Source: Octopus bimaculoides (taxonomy: Eukaryota). Taken from it: a DNA stretch of 58,742 bases. Positions 24,279-34,931 of this stretch are shown piece after piece. Below the pieces are notes generated by a model. That model was not told where the DNA came from. It saw nothing but the letters and a program-made list of their open reading frames with translations, and did not search any database. The stretch is from assembly GCF_001194135.2 (NCBI RefSeq), contig NC_068990.1, forward strand, positions 85,691,493-85,750,234, given 5' to 3'. The position numbers were made by a program, and so were the translations under genes. Each line of letters begins with the position of its first letter. The stretch's first letter is position 1.

Positions 24279-25102
24279 TCTGTGTATTTCATCCTATTTA
24301 TTCTGTTTGTAGAATTGTGTGTGTGTGTGCATGCGCGTGTGAGTATGTTCACACTTATGTTTATAATATATATTACATGTACACTGTATATATGTACATA
24401 CGTGTATGTACGCATGTTTCTATATACATCTATATATGTTTATGCATGTATGTATATATGCATATATATGTATATTTACATACAAATATATTGGATCATC
24501 CCATAAATAATGCGGTTTTTTGAAATTGCATGAACCAAAAATCGGAGAGGGACGGGATACACTACCTGCATATATAGATCATAGATACGAGTTGTGTCTT
24601 AAAAGAAACTGAACGTCTTAATTTATTGTTTCTCTTTTACTTGAATCACACTTGCCTCATTCGAAATAGTGCCCTTTCCTACTCATTTGTTTTGAATCAC
24701 ACTCTGGAATATATTTTCAGGGGTAATTCGGAGTTCTTGCAACGAACGTTCTTGTTCGATCCATTTCAGTCTTCTGAAATCAGACGATCTATCTTTCACA
24801 GTATACTTCGTCTCTGGAAACAAAAATCTGTAGGATCCAAATATAAAGATTAGAGCGACTGGGAGACAAGAGTCGTTTTTACCAAACAGTCATGTATAAG
24901 GAGTATTGCGTGAGCAGCTGTGCATTCTCTTTATGTAACATACAGGCTTTATTTGTCTACGTTTCAGGCCTGTTCCTTTGCACTATCTCTCTTAATTGCC
25001 TTAGGGCACCCAATTAAAATGACGTAGAAATAGCTCATAATAAACGATATTCTTTCAATTAAAAAAAACAAAGATATATATATATATATATATATATATA
25101 TT

Positions 25103-25317
25103 TCTGTAAAAATATGTGACACTTATTCAGTAGCCATGATAAAACTCCGAGTTTCCGATGCCCGAGCGGTGTTTGTTTTCGTCTCAATAACGGTTTTTCA
25201 AATAGAATCTCCGATAGTTGGATAACTGAAGAGATGGCCGGAGCGGAACACCGCCCGGGCATCGGAAACTCGGAGTTTTATCATGGCTACTGAATAAGCG
25301 TCACATATTTTTACAGA
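25103..25317 (+). mobile_element. Short hammerhead-bearing element with inverted terminal duplication (Penelope pseudo-LTR-like)
   Basis: Arms 25103-25173 and 25247-25317 are reverse complements (2 mismatches in 71). The left end abuts (TA)n. Confidence 0.7.
25221..25282 (+). ncRNA. Candidate type I hammerhead ribozyme
   Basis: Stem I GATAA/TTATC; core CTGAAGA; stem II GATG-g-CCGG-a-GCGG(AACA)CCGC-CCGG-g-CATC; one extra G then GAAA; stem III ACTC-g-GAGT; cleavage triplet GTT (after 25277). Confidence 0.7.
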
Positions 25318-25381
25318 TACATTCCTCTATTTGCATAATATCGAGGTCTCTTTCTTTCTTTTGTTGCCATTCCTGCCAAAT

Positions 25382-25448
<67 letters not shown>

Positions 25449-25492
25449 TAGACAGACAGACAGACAGGTAGATAGATCGAGAGAGGGAGAGC

Positions 25493-25538
<46 letters not shown>

Positions 25539-25562
25539 GTCAGACAGACAGAGACAGAGAGC

Positions 25563-26035
25563 CGATCAGCATCACCCATGCATTCGAGCAACTGTCATGT
25601 TCGATGTGGTTGCGGCGAAGATTATCCAAGGCCCTGCGGTCAATGTTTCGACATCGTAACCGTGTACGTACAATTCTTCACCTATCACGAAAGTTTTCCC
25701 CCGAAAGCTGTTACCAGTATTCAAACACTCAACCAGCTCCTGGGTGACTGTGACGACGCGGTTTCTTTACATTCACAGATTACGAGGCAACACGATACGT
25801 CTTCAAATATTCATTTAAAATTTATTTATTCATTTATTTATTCAAATTATTTATTTATCATGCATTAACTTTTACAGATGCGTACTTCTTCGACAACTTT
25901 ACGACACAAATTCTCACGGAACGTAATTACGCAATGTGATCGTTGTCCGTTGGCGTGGAAAGCCGTCTAGATTTAGGATCGTCTTCGGAGTGGTCTTTTC
26001 GAGCTAATTTCACGAAATCATATACAGCAGAAACA
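25563..26035 (-). pseudogene. Decayed mariner transposase fragment
   Basis: EDDPKSRRLSTPTDNDHIA resembles EDDERSGRPST; RVVTVTQELVECLNTGNSFRGKTFVIGEELYVHGYDVET resembles ITGDETWVYGYDVET. Interrupted by an AT-rich insert near 25812-25868. Confidence 0.75.
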
Positions 26036-26073
26036 ATCCTCCCTACAGGACTGTGGCAATATTAGAAACTCTC

Positions 26074-26178
26074 TAAGGCGGCGAGATGGCGGAAACGTTA
26101 GCATGCCGTGCGAAATGCTTGGCGGTGTTTTGTCTGTCTTTACGTTTTGTGTTCAAATTCTGCCCAGAGTAGAAAAGG
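26074..26178 (+). mobile_element. Internally deleted SINE B with a 15-bp TSD
   Basis: The head is joined directly to the AGAGTAGAAAAGG tail. ATATTAGAAACTCTC occurs at 26059-26073 and 26179-26193. Confidence 0.85.
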
Positions 26179-26241
26179 ATATTAGAAACTCTCCATAAAT
26201 TTTTTTTCCACCAATATAAAAGGAAATTTTATGCAAAAGAC

Positions 26242-26488
26242 GGGCATACGGCGTAGTGGTTAAGCGCGCGGGCTACTAACCCCAAGATTCCGAGTTCGAT
26301 TCCAGGCAGTGACTTGAATAATGATAATAATAATAATAATAATAATAATAACATCGAAAAATACCTTAGGAATGCGAACCCAGGTTCGAAATTTTTCCAA
26401 GACACCTGATGAAGGCTGGAGGGTATATCAACAAAGAAGATAAGGACAAATATCCGTCAAATGTAAATAATGTAAATAATGCAAATAA
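26242..26488 (+). mobile_element. SINE family D: tRNA-derived head with a Penelope-like tail carrying half a hammerhead core
   Basis: Box A CGGCGTAGTGG and box B GAGTTCGATTCC, internal (AAT)n, GACAC-CTGATGA-A-GGCTG at 26401-26418, and a tandem AAATAATGT-like tail. Confidence 0.7.
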
Positions 26489-26640
26489 AAACGTTATACT
26501 TCTGAATTTGCCGACTCTTCGACTGACGGCAAATCCCGGTAGATAGACAGACAAATAGATGGAGTGATAGGCAGACAGACAGAGAGATAGATAGATGGAT
26601 TGATAGATAGACAGACAGACAGACCGATAGGTAGATGACA

Positions 26641-26887
26641 GATATCTTTCTTTTATTAGCCACACAGGGCTGCACACAGAAGGGACAAATACAACTGTAG
26701 AGCTTTTCTTTAAAAATAAAAAAAGGTGAAATAAAAAAANNNNNNNNNNAAAATGTCAATAGTGTAAAATGGGGTAACATTAGGTTTATCCATGGAGAGA
26801 AAAGCCTACGGAAAAGACCACGGTAACCTCTGTGGTCTTTTCCGTAGGCTTTTCTCTCCATGGATAAACCTAATGTTACCCCATTTT
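26641..26887 (-). mobile_element. Probable LINE 3' end whose truncated 5' end is a perfect 56-bp fold-back
   Basis: The minus strand ends GGCTAATAAAAGAAAG next to (GATA/GACA)n. Arms 26766-26821 and 26832-26887 are exact reverse complements. Confidence 0.5.
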
Positions 26888-27504
26888 GCATACAGACATA
26901 CAGACAAATATTGGCATAGCCCTATTATCATTACTATCACCGCATCAATTTTGTTTGTCTCTCCATGAAAACATGACATAAAGCAATTTACCAACAATGC
27001 CGTGTCTCTGTCTCGTGACAATGTCAGTCACCTTATATGCGCTGTTGCTATCGCTATATTCCTCTTCTTATTAATATAAAAACGACGGATGCCAGTGACG
27101 TGGCGGAACCGGCAGAGCGTCAGAAATAATCACCCTTGTAATATTAGTGTTCCTTTTCGTTCTGAGTTCAAATCGTGCCAATGTTAACTTTGCCTATCAA
27201 GATCCCTTCCAGGGATCGATAAGCTTGTACCATTTATGAATGGGAGTGGTGGTGGTGGATTAAATCAAATGTATGGCTTGTTCCTGTGAGAGAGAGAGAG
27301 TGTGAGAAGGAGTGAGTGAGTGAGAAGGAGTGAGTGAGTGAGTATTCCACCAATTATTGAGGTCGCTTCTTACTCTTAGTTTCAGGTTATTTCTTGCGCA
27401 AAACCGAAGTAAATATGCAAGCAAGTCCCATGGTTTTGTTTGTCCTTGCATTAAGAATAAGCATATCACTTTGAAAGCCCTTACCCAAGTGTTGTTGTTG
27501 TTGT

Positions 27505-27720
27505 TAAGGTGACGAGCTGGAAGAGTCGATGGCACGTTGGACGAAATGCTTAGCGGTATTTCACCCGTCGCTAAGATCCGAGTTCAAATTCCGCCGAGGT
27601 CGACTTTGCCTTTCATCCTTTCGGGGTCGATAAATTAAGTACCAGTTGCGTACTGGCGTCGATCTAATCGACTGGCTCCCTCCTCTCAAATTTCAGGCCT
27701 TGTGCCCATAATAGAAATTA
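27505..27720 (+). mobile_element. SINE family B in a (TTG)n tract
   Basis: All blocks are present, with (TTG)n on both flanks. An older B copy lies at 27095-27240. Confidence 0.9.
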
Positions 27721-28931
27721 TTGTTGTTGTTGTTGTTGTTGTTGTTAATGTTGTTTTCATCTTTGATAAAGCAAGCACATGAACAAAAGACATTCCAGCC
27801 GTGACCAGCCTGTTCTGTTTTATATTCTCAGAGACATTGTATCTAAGTTAGCGTTATGTAATGAATTCCTTTATAAAGACGATAGGATGTGAATCGAACG
27901 AGATTTAGCTGCTATTTCTTGCAGATCGACGTGCTTCTACATAAGAGTTGTGCCCGTTTTTGTAATTGAATTGATAGAAGCGCATAAATGTTACAAAGCA
28001 GTGTGTGTGTGTGTGTGNNNNNNNNNNNNNNNNNNNNNNNNNNNNNNNNNNNNNNNNNNNNNNNNNNNNNNNNNNNNNNNNNNNNNNNNNNNNNNNNNNN
28101 NNNNNNNNNNNNNNNNNNNNNNNNNNNNNNNNNNNNNNNNNNNNNNNNNNNNNNNNNNNNNNNNNNNNNNNNNNNNNNNNNNNNNNNNNNNNNNNNNNNN
28201 NNNNNNNNNNNNNNNNNNNNNNNNNNNNNNNNNNNNNNNNNNNNNNNNNNNNNNNNNNNNNNNNNNNNNNNNNNNNNNNNNNNNNNNNNNNNNNNNNNNN
28301 NNNNNNNNNNNNNNNNNNNNNNNNNNNNNNNNNNNNNNNNNNNNNNNNNNNNNNNNNNNNNNNNNNNNNNNNNNNNNNNNNNNNNNNNNNNNNNNNNNNN
28401 NNNNNNNNNNNNNNNNNNNNNNNNNNNNNNNNNNNNNNNNNNNNNNNNNNNNNNNNNNNNNNNNNNNNNNNNCCACCACCACCACCACCACCACCACCAC
28501 CACCACTACCACCACCACCACTATTACTACAAGTTACTGTTCGCTTCCCTCGTATTTAATTGGTGAATAGGTCAACAGATTGAATGTAGGAGACTTCATT
28601 TCTGGATACAGATCAGCGTAGACCTACAATCTTCAGTGTGTGTGTGTGTGTGTGCGTGTGTGTGTGTGTGTGCGTGTGTGCATGTATGAATACACATATG
28701 TTTGTATGAATATATATATATATATTCATATATGTGCGTATGTGTATGTATGTGTGCATACACACACATATATATGGAGCGAGAGATTATGTAATTATGT
28801 ATATGTGTGTGTATGTGTGTGTGAGTATGTGTATGAATGTACATATATATGTGTATGTGTATATATGTACTATGTATTTATGCATGTAATTATGTGGGTT
28901 TTTTTGTGTGTTCGCGCGCGTGCGTGTGTAA

Positions 28932-29190
28932 TGGGAATTTGTCGTTTACCTCAGCAATTCAGTCTTCAGCGATTGACTCCCAGGTTCTTAGACAAACTCG
29001 AAGATTAAAAATGAAGCTTCGATGGCGTTTAGGACACCCGAGAAACAGATCTGGTCAGGCGAGGATCTGGAACTTACTACCAAGCTTTGAATCTAAAATG
29101 GTTGCATCATCGCATCGCTTTTCTGCTACGTTTGAGACGTGGCCTCTATATCAATGGCACATCAAAATACTGGAAAGATTTTACCAGAAG
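28932..29190 (+). pseudogene. Decayed RTE-clade LINE RT C-terminal fragment
   Basis: TKL*I*NGCIIASLF and ETWPLYQWHIKILERFYQK resemble the RTE motif TKLxVYxAxVxSxLLYGCETWTLYRRHIxxLERFHQR. Confidence 0.7.
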
Positions 29191-29491
29191 TGAACAATAA
29201 GAGTAGAAATTAATATTGTTAAATAATATTATTAAATAATATCAATTTCAACTAGTGGTCAGCATACTTAAAAATGTCCGAGGACCGTGAATCCTATTTA
29301 AATATAAACAATATGAGAGATCAGTGTATGGATCCCTTGTATGGTAAAAAAATAGACGTCGAACCTTCTTACTACTAAATCTGTACTCTCAACTTAATGG
29401 TAAGACGGTCTGACGTCTATTTTTAGCATACAAGGGATTCACATAGTGGTCTCTCATATTGTTTACCAGAAGTGTTTACGTCCCGAAAAAA

Positions 29492-29506
29492 GTTTGGGAA
29501 CCACTG
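29492..29506 (-). mobile_element. Isolated hAT/Charlie-like terminal inverted repeat
   Basis: The reverse complement CAGTGGTTCCCAAAC is followed by GTCTAGCA, close to the NTCTAGAN target preference. No clear partner TIR was found. Confidence 0.45.
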
Positions 29507-30017
29507 GTCTAGCATTACATTTGCAAATGTCCGGTCTTTTGGTCGATAAAAGATCATTCGTCAGAAAAAGGAACCGGAGGCGTTTATGTGCCTGCCGTAC
29601 ATCAGCCACTCCTGAACACTGCTGTTATCGATATTCATCTATTGCCAGCTTGCGCTCATCTACCATCGGGTTGAAAATCCGTTTTGAATGTATGCATAAA
29701 GACAGAGCTGCTCTTTAGGAAGTTGTTGACAACAAATTTGATGTGGTAGGCATGGGTGTGTGATGAGAAGATTTTTTGGATCTTTTTTAAAACGGGGGCC
29801 ACATTTTTCATTAACGAAACACTTTGAAACTTGGAACACTGGTAGAATGTGTCATATAAAACATCTTTTTCTCTTAGTTTTCTTAAAAAAAAAAAAGAAA
29901 TCCATAAGTTATTCCATGTTAAAGTTGTCGTATTTCTGTAATTTCAACCAATCACTGACGTCCATTCAGCCGATATACATTAAGTGCTGACTACATAAAC
30001 AAACGATTCTGAAACAA

Positions 30018-30069
30018 TTAACCCTAACCCTAACCCTAACCCTAGGGTTAGGGTTAGGGTTAGGGTTAA
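30018..30069. repeat. Perfect 52-bp palindrome of telomere-type repeats, (TAACCC)4 then (GGGTTA)4, bounded by TTAA
   Basis: TTAACCCTAACCCTAACCCTAACCCT|AGGGTTAGGGTTAGGGTTAGGGTTAA. Confidence 0.95.
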
Positions 30070-30831
30070 AGCAAATTTAAAATGAAAAAAGCAAATAAAA
30101 CGAANNNNNNNNNNNNNNNNNNNNNNNNNNNNNNNNNNNNNNNNNNNNNNNNNNNNNNNNNNNNNNNNNNNNNNNNNNNNNNNNNNNNNNNNNNNNNNNN
30201 NNNNNNNNNNNNNNNNNNNNNNNNNNNNNNNNNNNNNNNNNNNNNNNNNNNNNNNNNNNNNNNNNNNNNNNNNNNNNNNNNNNNNNNNNNNNNNNNNNNN
30301 NNNNNNNNNNNNNNNNNNNNNNNNNNNNNNNNNNNNNNNNNNNNNNNNNNNNNNNNNNNNNNNNNNNNNNNNNNNNNNNNNNNNNNNNNNNNNNNNNNNN
30401 NNNNNNNNNNNNNNNNNNNNNNNNNNNNNNNNNNNNNNNNNNNNNNNNNNNNNNNNNNNNNNNNNNNNNNNNNNNNNNNNNNNNNNNNNNNNNNNNNNNN
30501 NNNNNNNNNNNNNNNNNNNNNNNNNNNNNNNNNNNNNNNNNNNNNNNNNNNNNNNNNNNNNNNNNNNNNNNNNNNNNNNNNNNNNNNNNNNNNNNNNNNN
30601 NNNNNNNNNNNNNNNNNNNNNNNNNNNNNNNNNNNNNNNNNNNNNNNNNNNNNNNNNNNNNNNNNNNNNNNNNNNNNNNNNNNNNNNNNNNNNNNNNNNN
30701 NNNNNNNNNNNNNNNNNNNNNNNNNNNNNNNNNNNNNNNNNNNNNNNNNNNNNNNNNNNNNNNNNNNNNNNNNNNNNNNNNNNNNNNNNNNNNNNNNNNN
30801 NNNNNNNNNNNNNNNNNNNNNNNNNNNNNNN

Positions 30832-31020
30832 NGATGAAAACGTGGCATGATGAAATTCTCCGAGGCAAGATCCGATTATTTCTACCGTCAAAGCATTGAC
30901 AAGCTGGGTAAACGTTGGCAAGAACAATGAAGAAGAGTTTGTTATTGAGTGATTTGTTAAAATATTTGATGAAAAATAAGAATTAAAATAAACGGGGAAG
31001 AAAACAACGAACGAATTTAT
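30832..31020 (+). pseudogene. Mariner transposase C-terminus and 3' end
   Basis: SDYFYRQSIDKLGKRWQE resembles the FYxxGIxKLxxRWxx mariner C-terminal motif. Followed by AAAACAACGAACGAATTTAT, like a decayed 3' TIR. Confidence 0.65.
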
Positions 31021-31495
31021 CTGTGTGTATGTCTGTGTGTGTGTATGTGTATTAGTGTATGCGTTTTTGCGTGCGAGTGTGTGTGTGTATGAGTGTGTGT
31101 ATGTCTGTGTGTGTGTCTGTGTGTGTATCTGTGTGTGTGTGTGCGCGTGTGCGCGCGCGTGTATGTGTGTGTGTCTGCTGAAGCATTAAACTTCCAAGCA
31201 TTACGAAATTATTACCCTTAAATGTATTGTACTCTCTTTCTTTTGAGAGAGAGGGAGAGAGAGAGAGAGAGAGAGAAAGAGAAAGAAAGAGACAGAGACA
31301 GAAATAAAGAAAAAGAGAGAGAGAGAAAGTGATTTATAGTTTCCTGGTGAGATAAGTAACCCATCACATTTAGATTAATTTATTTTATATGTTAATTACG
31401 TGATCAAACAAGCGATGATGTTTATATTCCATTCAGACAACTGTCGAAAACAAATTATGAACTATGTGTAAAATTTACGCTTTTCTGCAGTTTAC

Positions 31496-31526
<31 letters not shown>

Positions 31527-31629
31527 NNNNNNNNNNATATATATACACATACACCCATACACACACACACACATATACATACATGTATGTACGTATATAA
31601 TATTAAAAATATCTCACGCAAAATCAGAA

Positions 31630-31941
31630 AATATGGAAAAATAATAAGCAATGTGCTACTCCTTTTACACTGCAGTTAATTAATTCCAAATTATATTATT
31701 ACAATCAAATTATTTCAAAATGCAATAATATGTATCGAAAAACAGATTATCACAATCAAATTATTTCAAAATACATTATTGTATATTCCAAAATATCATA
31801 TCATATCCAAAATACATCACCACAATCAAATCATTCCAAGATTAACTATTCCAAAGCACATACTTACAAAAATATGTAATTAAATATTCCAAAGAACATA
31901 ATTACAAACCGGTTTCACTTCTTATAGATGTTCATTGTAAT

Positions 31942-31945
<4 letters not shown>
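31630..31945 (+). repeat. Unclassified AT-rich interspersed repeat with internal degenerate subrepeats
   Basis: Homologous to the reverse complement of 49790-50175 (shared TATTCCAAAATATCATATCATATCCAAAAT and CATAATTACAAACC.GTTTCACTTCT). Confidence 0.75.
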
Positions 31946-31981
<36 letters not shown>

Positions 31982-31983
<2 letters not shown>

Positions 31984-32085
31984 CTCTTTTACTCTTTTAC
32001 TTGTTTCAGTCATTTGACTGTGGCCATGCTGGAGCACCGCCTTTAGTCGAGCAAATCAGCTCCAGGACTTATTCTCTGTAAGCCT
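31982..32085 (-). mobile_element. SINE A 3' end
   Basis: TACTCTTTTACTCTTTTACTTGTTTCAGTCATTTGACTGTGGCCATGCTGGAGCACCGCC. Confidence 0.9.
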
Positions 32086-33766
32086 CGTGCTCTGAATGCA
32101 GTCTAAGATGTCTGTTTGTCTGTAGCAGTAACACCATTCATGCAACCTTCAAAAACTGGCCTCTTAAAAACAGACTGAACTATATATCGAACGATTTCAC
32201 GATTATTACAACAATATGTAACATTCGATCACCAGTATAGTATGGTCACGATATATAAAAATAAACAAAAGATTCAACATACCAAAACGAACACCCACGT
32301 ACCCGGCATCGTACATAGAAGATTGTTCATCTATATATATCTATGAAAGAGGCGGGCTTTTTTTTTAAATTGCACTTCGGTACTCGTGTTTATACCGGAA
32401 TAAAAATTCAGCACTGAATATATTCCGGTTATATATTTAATTAATTCAATAATAGNNNNNNNNNNNNNNNNNNNNNNNNNNNNNNNNNNNNNNNNNNNNN
32501 NNNNNNNNNNNNNNNNNNNNNNNNNNNNNNNNNNNNNNNNNNNNNNNNNNNNNNNNNNNNNNNNNNNNNNNNNNNNNNNNNNNNNNNNNNNNNNNNNNNN
32601 NNNNNNNNNNNNNNNNNNNNNNNNNNNNNNNNNNNNNNNNNNNNNNNNNNNNNNNNNNNNNNNNNNNNNNNNNNNNNNNNNNNNNNNNNNNNNNNNNNNN
32701 NNNNNNNNNNNNNNNNNNNNNNNNNNNNNNNNNNNNNNNNNNNNNNNNNNNNNNNNNNNNNNNNNNNNNNNNNNNNNNNNNNNNNNNNNNNNNNNNNNNN
32801 NNNNNNNNNNNNNNNNNNNNNNNNNNNNNNNNNNNNNNNNNNNNNNNNNNNNNNNNNNNNNNNNNNNNNNNNNNNNNNNNNNNNNNNNNNNNNNNNNNNN
32901 NNNNNNNNNNNNNNNNNNNNNNNNNNNNNNNNNNNNNNNNNNNNNNNNNNNNNNNNNNNNNNNNNNNNNNNNNNNNNNNNNNNNNNNNNNNNNNNNNNNN
33001 NNNNNNNNTATATATATATATATGTATACTGTATACTTCGGTAAGTTTGTACTTTGTTGATAAATTCTCTGAAATTATGAGAAACCGATTGGTTAAACAT
33101 TCTCAAGTGAAGTTGAATGAGGCGCGAAAATAAAACAAAACGATAAAATAGCACAAAAATGACAAAAGAAATCAAAATGGAAATAGATAAATAAAAAAAA
33201 CTAAAAACAATAATAGTTGCTATAATGTTTGTCGGTCTGTCTGTACGTCTTTTTGTCTCTCATTTTGACTTTTTAAAATTCCATTTCCTGTTAGTTCTCT
33301 GAGAGCAATGGTAGACAGCGCTGTTTCGTCGTTATTTCTTTATTCGCATATATTGAAACATAGCGTTGTAATTGTAAAAACAACAACAACAACAACAACA
33401 AAAAGCGATCGATTTTCGAAGAACAAAGGAGGGTGAGCAGAGAAGGAAAAAAAAAAGAAAAGAGAGACAGACAGACAGACAGACGAACAAGCAGTCAGAC
33501 AGACAGACGGATGGAACAAGGAGGGGAAGAGGATATGGGAAGAGAAAGCGTTAGGTACATGATCAACTAGTTGCTGATAATTACTATGTTCTGATAACGG
33601 AAAACAATTGAAATTCAAACTCGTTCCTATCCATGGCTATCCACCCTAAGTCTTCTTTCATTTTTATTTATTATTTGCATTTTTTAACAATATTTCATAA
33701 ATGTCCTTCGCTGTCTTTGAAAAAAAAAACATTTTAATTTTTAAGGGCAACGTGTATTTATCATAT

Positions 33767-33774
<8 letters not shown>

Positions 33775-33816
<42 letters not shown>

Positions 33817-34087
33817 GTTGTTTTTTTTTTGTTTTTTGTTTGTTTTTTTTGCTTTGTTACATTCCACCTCCATATGTAAGGATCGATAAAATATGAATAT
33901 ATTTAGCCGAAATATTAGTGAATGAAATTCAAAGACTACAAAAATTGAAAGAAATATTTGGCATTTTGTTAGGATTTCTGTATTATAATTATTATCATTA
34001 TTATTATTATTATTATTATCATTATCATCATTATTACTATTATTATCATCATAATCATCAACGTCATCATCATCATCATCATCATCA

Positions 34088-34139
<52 letters not shown>

Positions 34140-34320
34140 TATTTGTCACAATAAATGCAAACATTAAAGGTGTGGAATTATTTTTATCATCATCATCCTC
34201 ATCACTATCATCATCATCATCATCATCATCAGCACTATTATCATCATCATCATCATCCCCATCATAACCACCAACTTCATCATCATCATCATCATCATCA
34301 TTATCATTATTATTATTTTT
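33775..34320. repeat. Compound (TTA)n/(CAT)n microsatellites
   Basis: Direct reading. Source of the poly-N/D pseudo-ORF. Confidence 0.9.
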
Positions 34321-34738
34321 AAAACTGTTGTGAAATACCACGTTGTGAACAAATTATATACATTTTCTCAATGGTAGCAAATAAAATATTTGACTCCGTA
34401 TTTTTCATTTTTATTTATTTATTTATTTAAATTTTTTCTCCCTCAAACAAAAAAAAAATTCATACAGTTTCTTCCTTTAGTTTCTCGACTTAAAATCGAT
34501 TAGATATCATATAATAGCCGAGTGATTAGGAAGCTCACTGCGCAACCGCTTTGCTCCGGATTCAATCTGATGGCATAAAAACATAGTGTTTTTTTTTTAA
34601 TTTTATTTGTGTGTGTGTGAGAGAGAGATGCCTTGCTACTACCATTGGGATTACAATACAGAGTTTACAAATTGTATTTGAACGAAAGTTGGTTGAGAGA
34701 ATCTGCGAAGAGGCCACCGTATGTACACGTGTGTGTGC

Positions 34739-34931
34739 CTCCATCACCGCTTGACAGCTGATGTTGGTGTCCTTACGTCCCCGTAACTTAGCGGTTCGGC
34801 AAAAGTAGCCGATAGAATAAGTACCAAGCTTAAAAAATAAGTCCTGGGGTCGCTTCATTTGACTAAAGATACAAGGCTGCGCCCCAGCATGGCCGCAGTT
34901 TAATGATTGAAACAGGTAAAAGATAAAAGAT
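34739..34931 (+). mobile_element. SINE A 3' half (decayed head near 34515-34570)
   Basis: ACCGCTTGACAGCTGATGTTGG...GAAACAGGTAAAAGATAAAAGATA. Older A and B relics lie at 35141-35473. Confidence 0.85.

Noticed and set aside
24650-24815. Possible minus-strand exon after TTTTGTTTCCAG
   Set aside because: The open frame is short (about 42 codons), with no recognisable domain and no convincing donor.
30018-30069. Ancestral telomere-telomere chromosome fusion site
   Set aside because: The orientation is (CCCTAA)n then (TTAGGG)n, the reverse of an end-to-end fusion, and there are only four units per side.
32351-32430. GGCGGGC-T9 terminator-like run and an adjacent 36-nt hairpin
   Set aside because: A bacterial terminator is meaningless in this context, and the hairpin is short and single-copy here.
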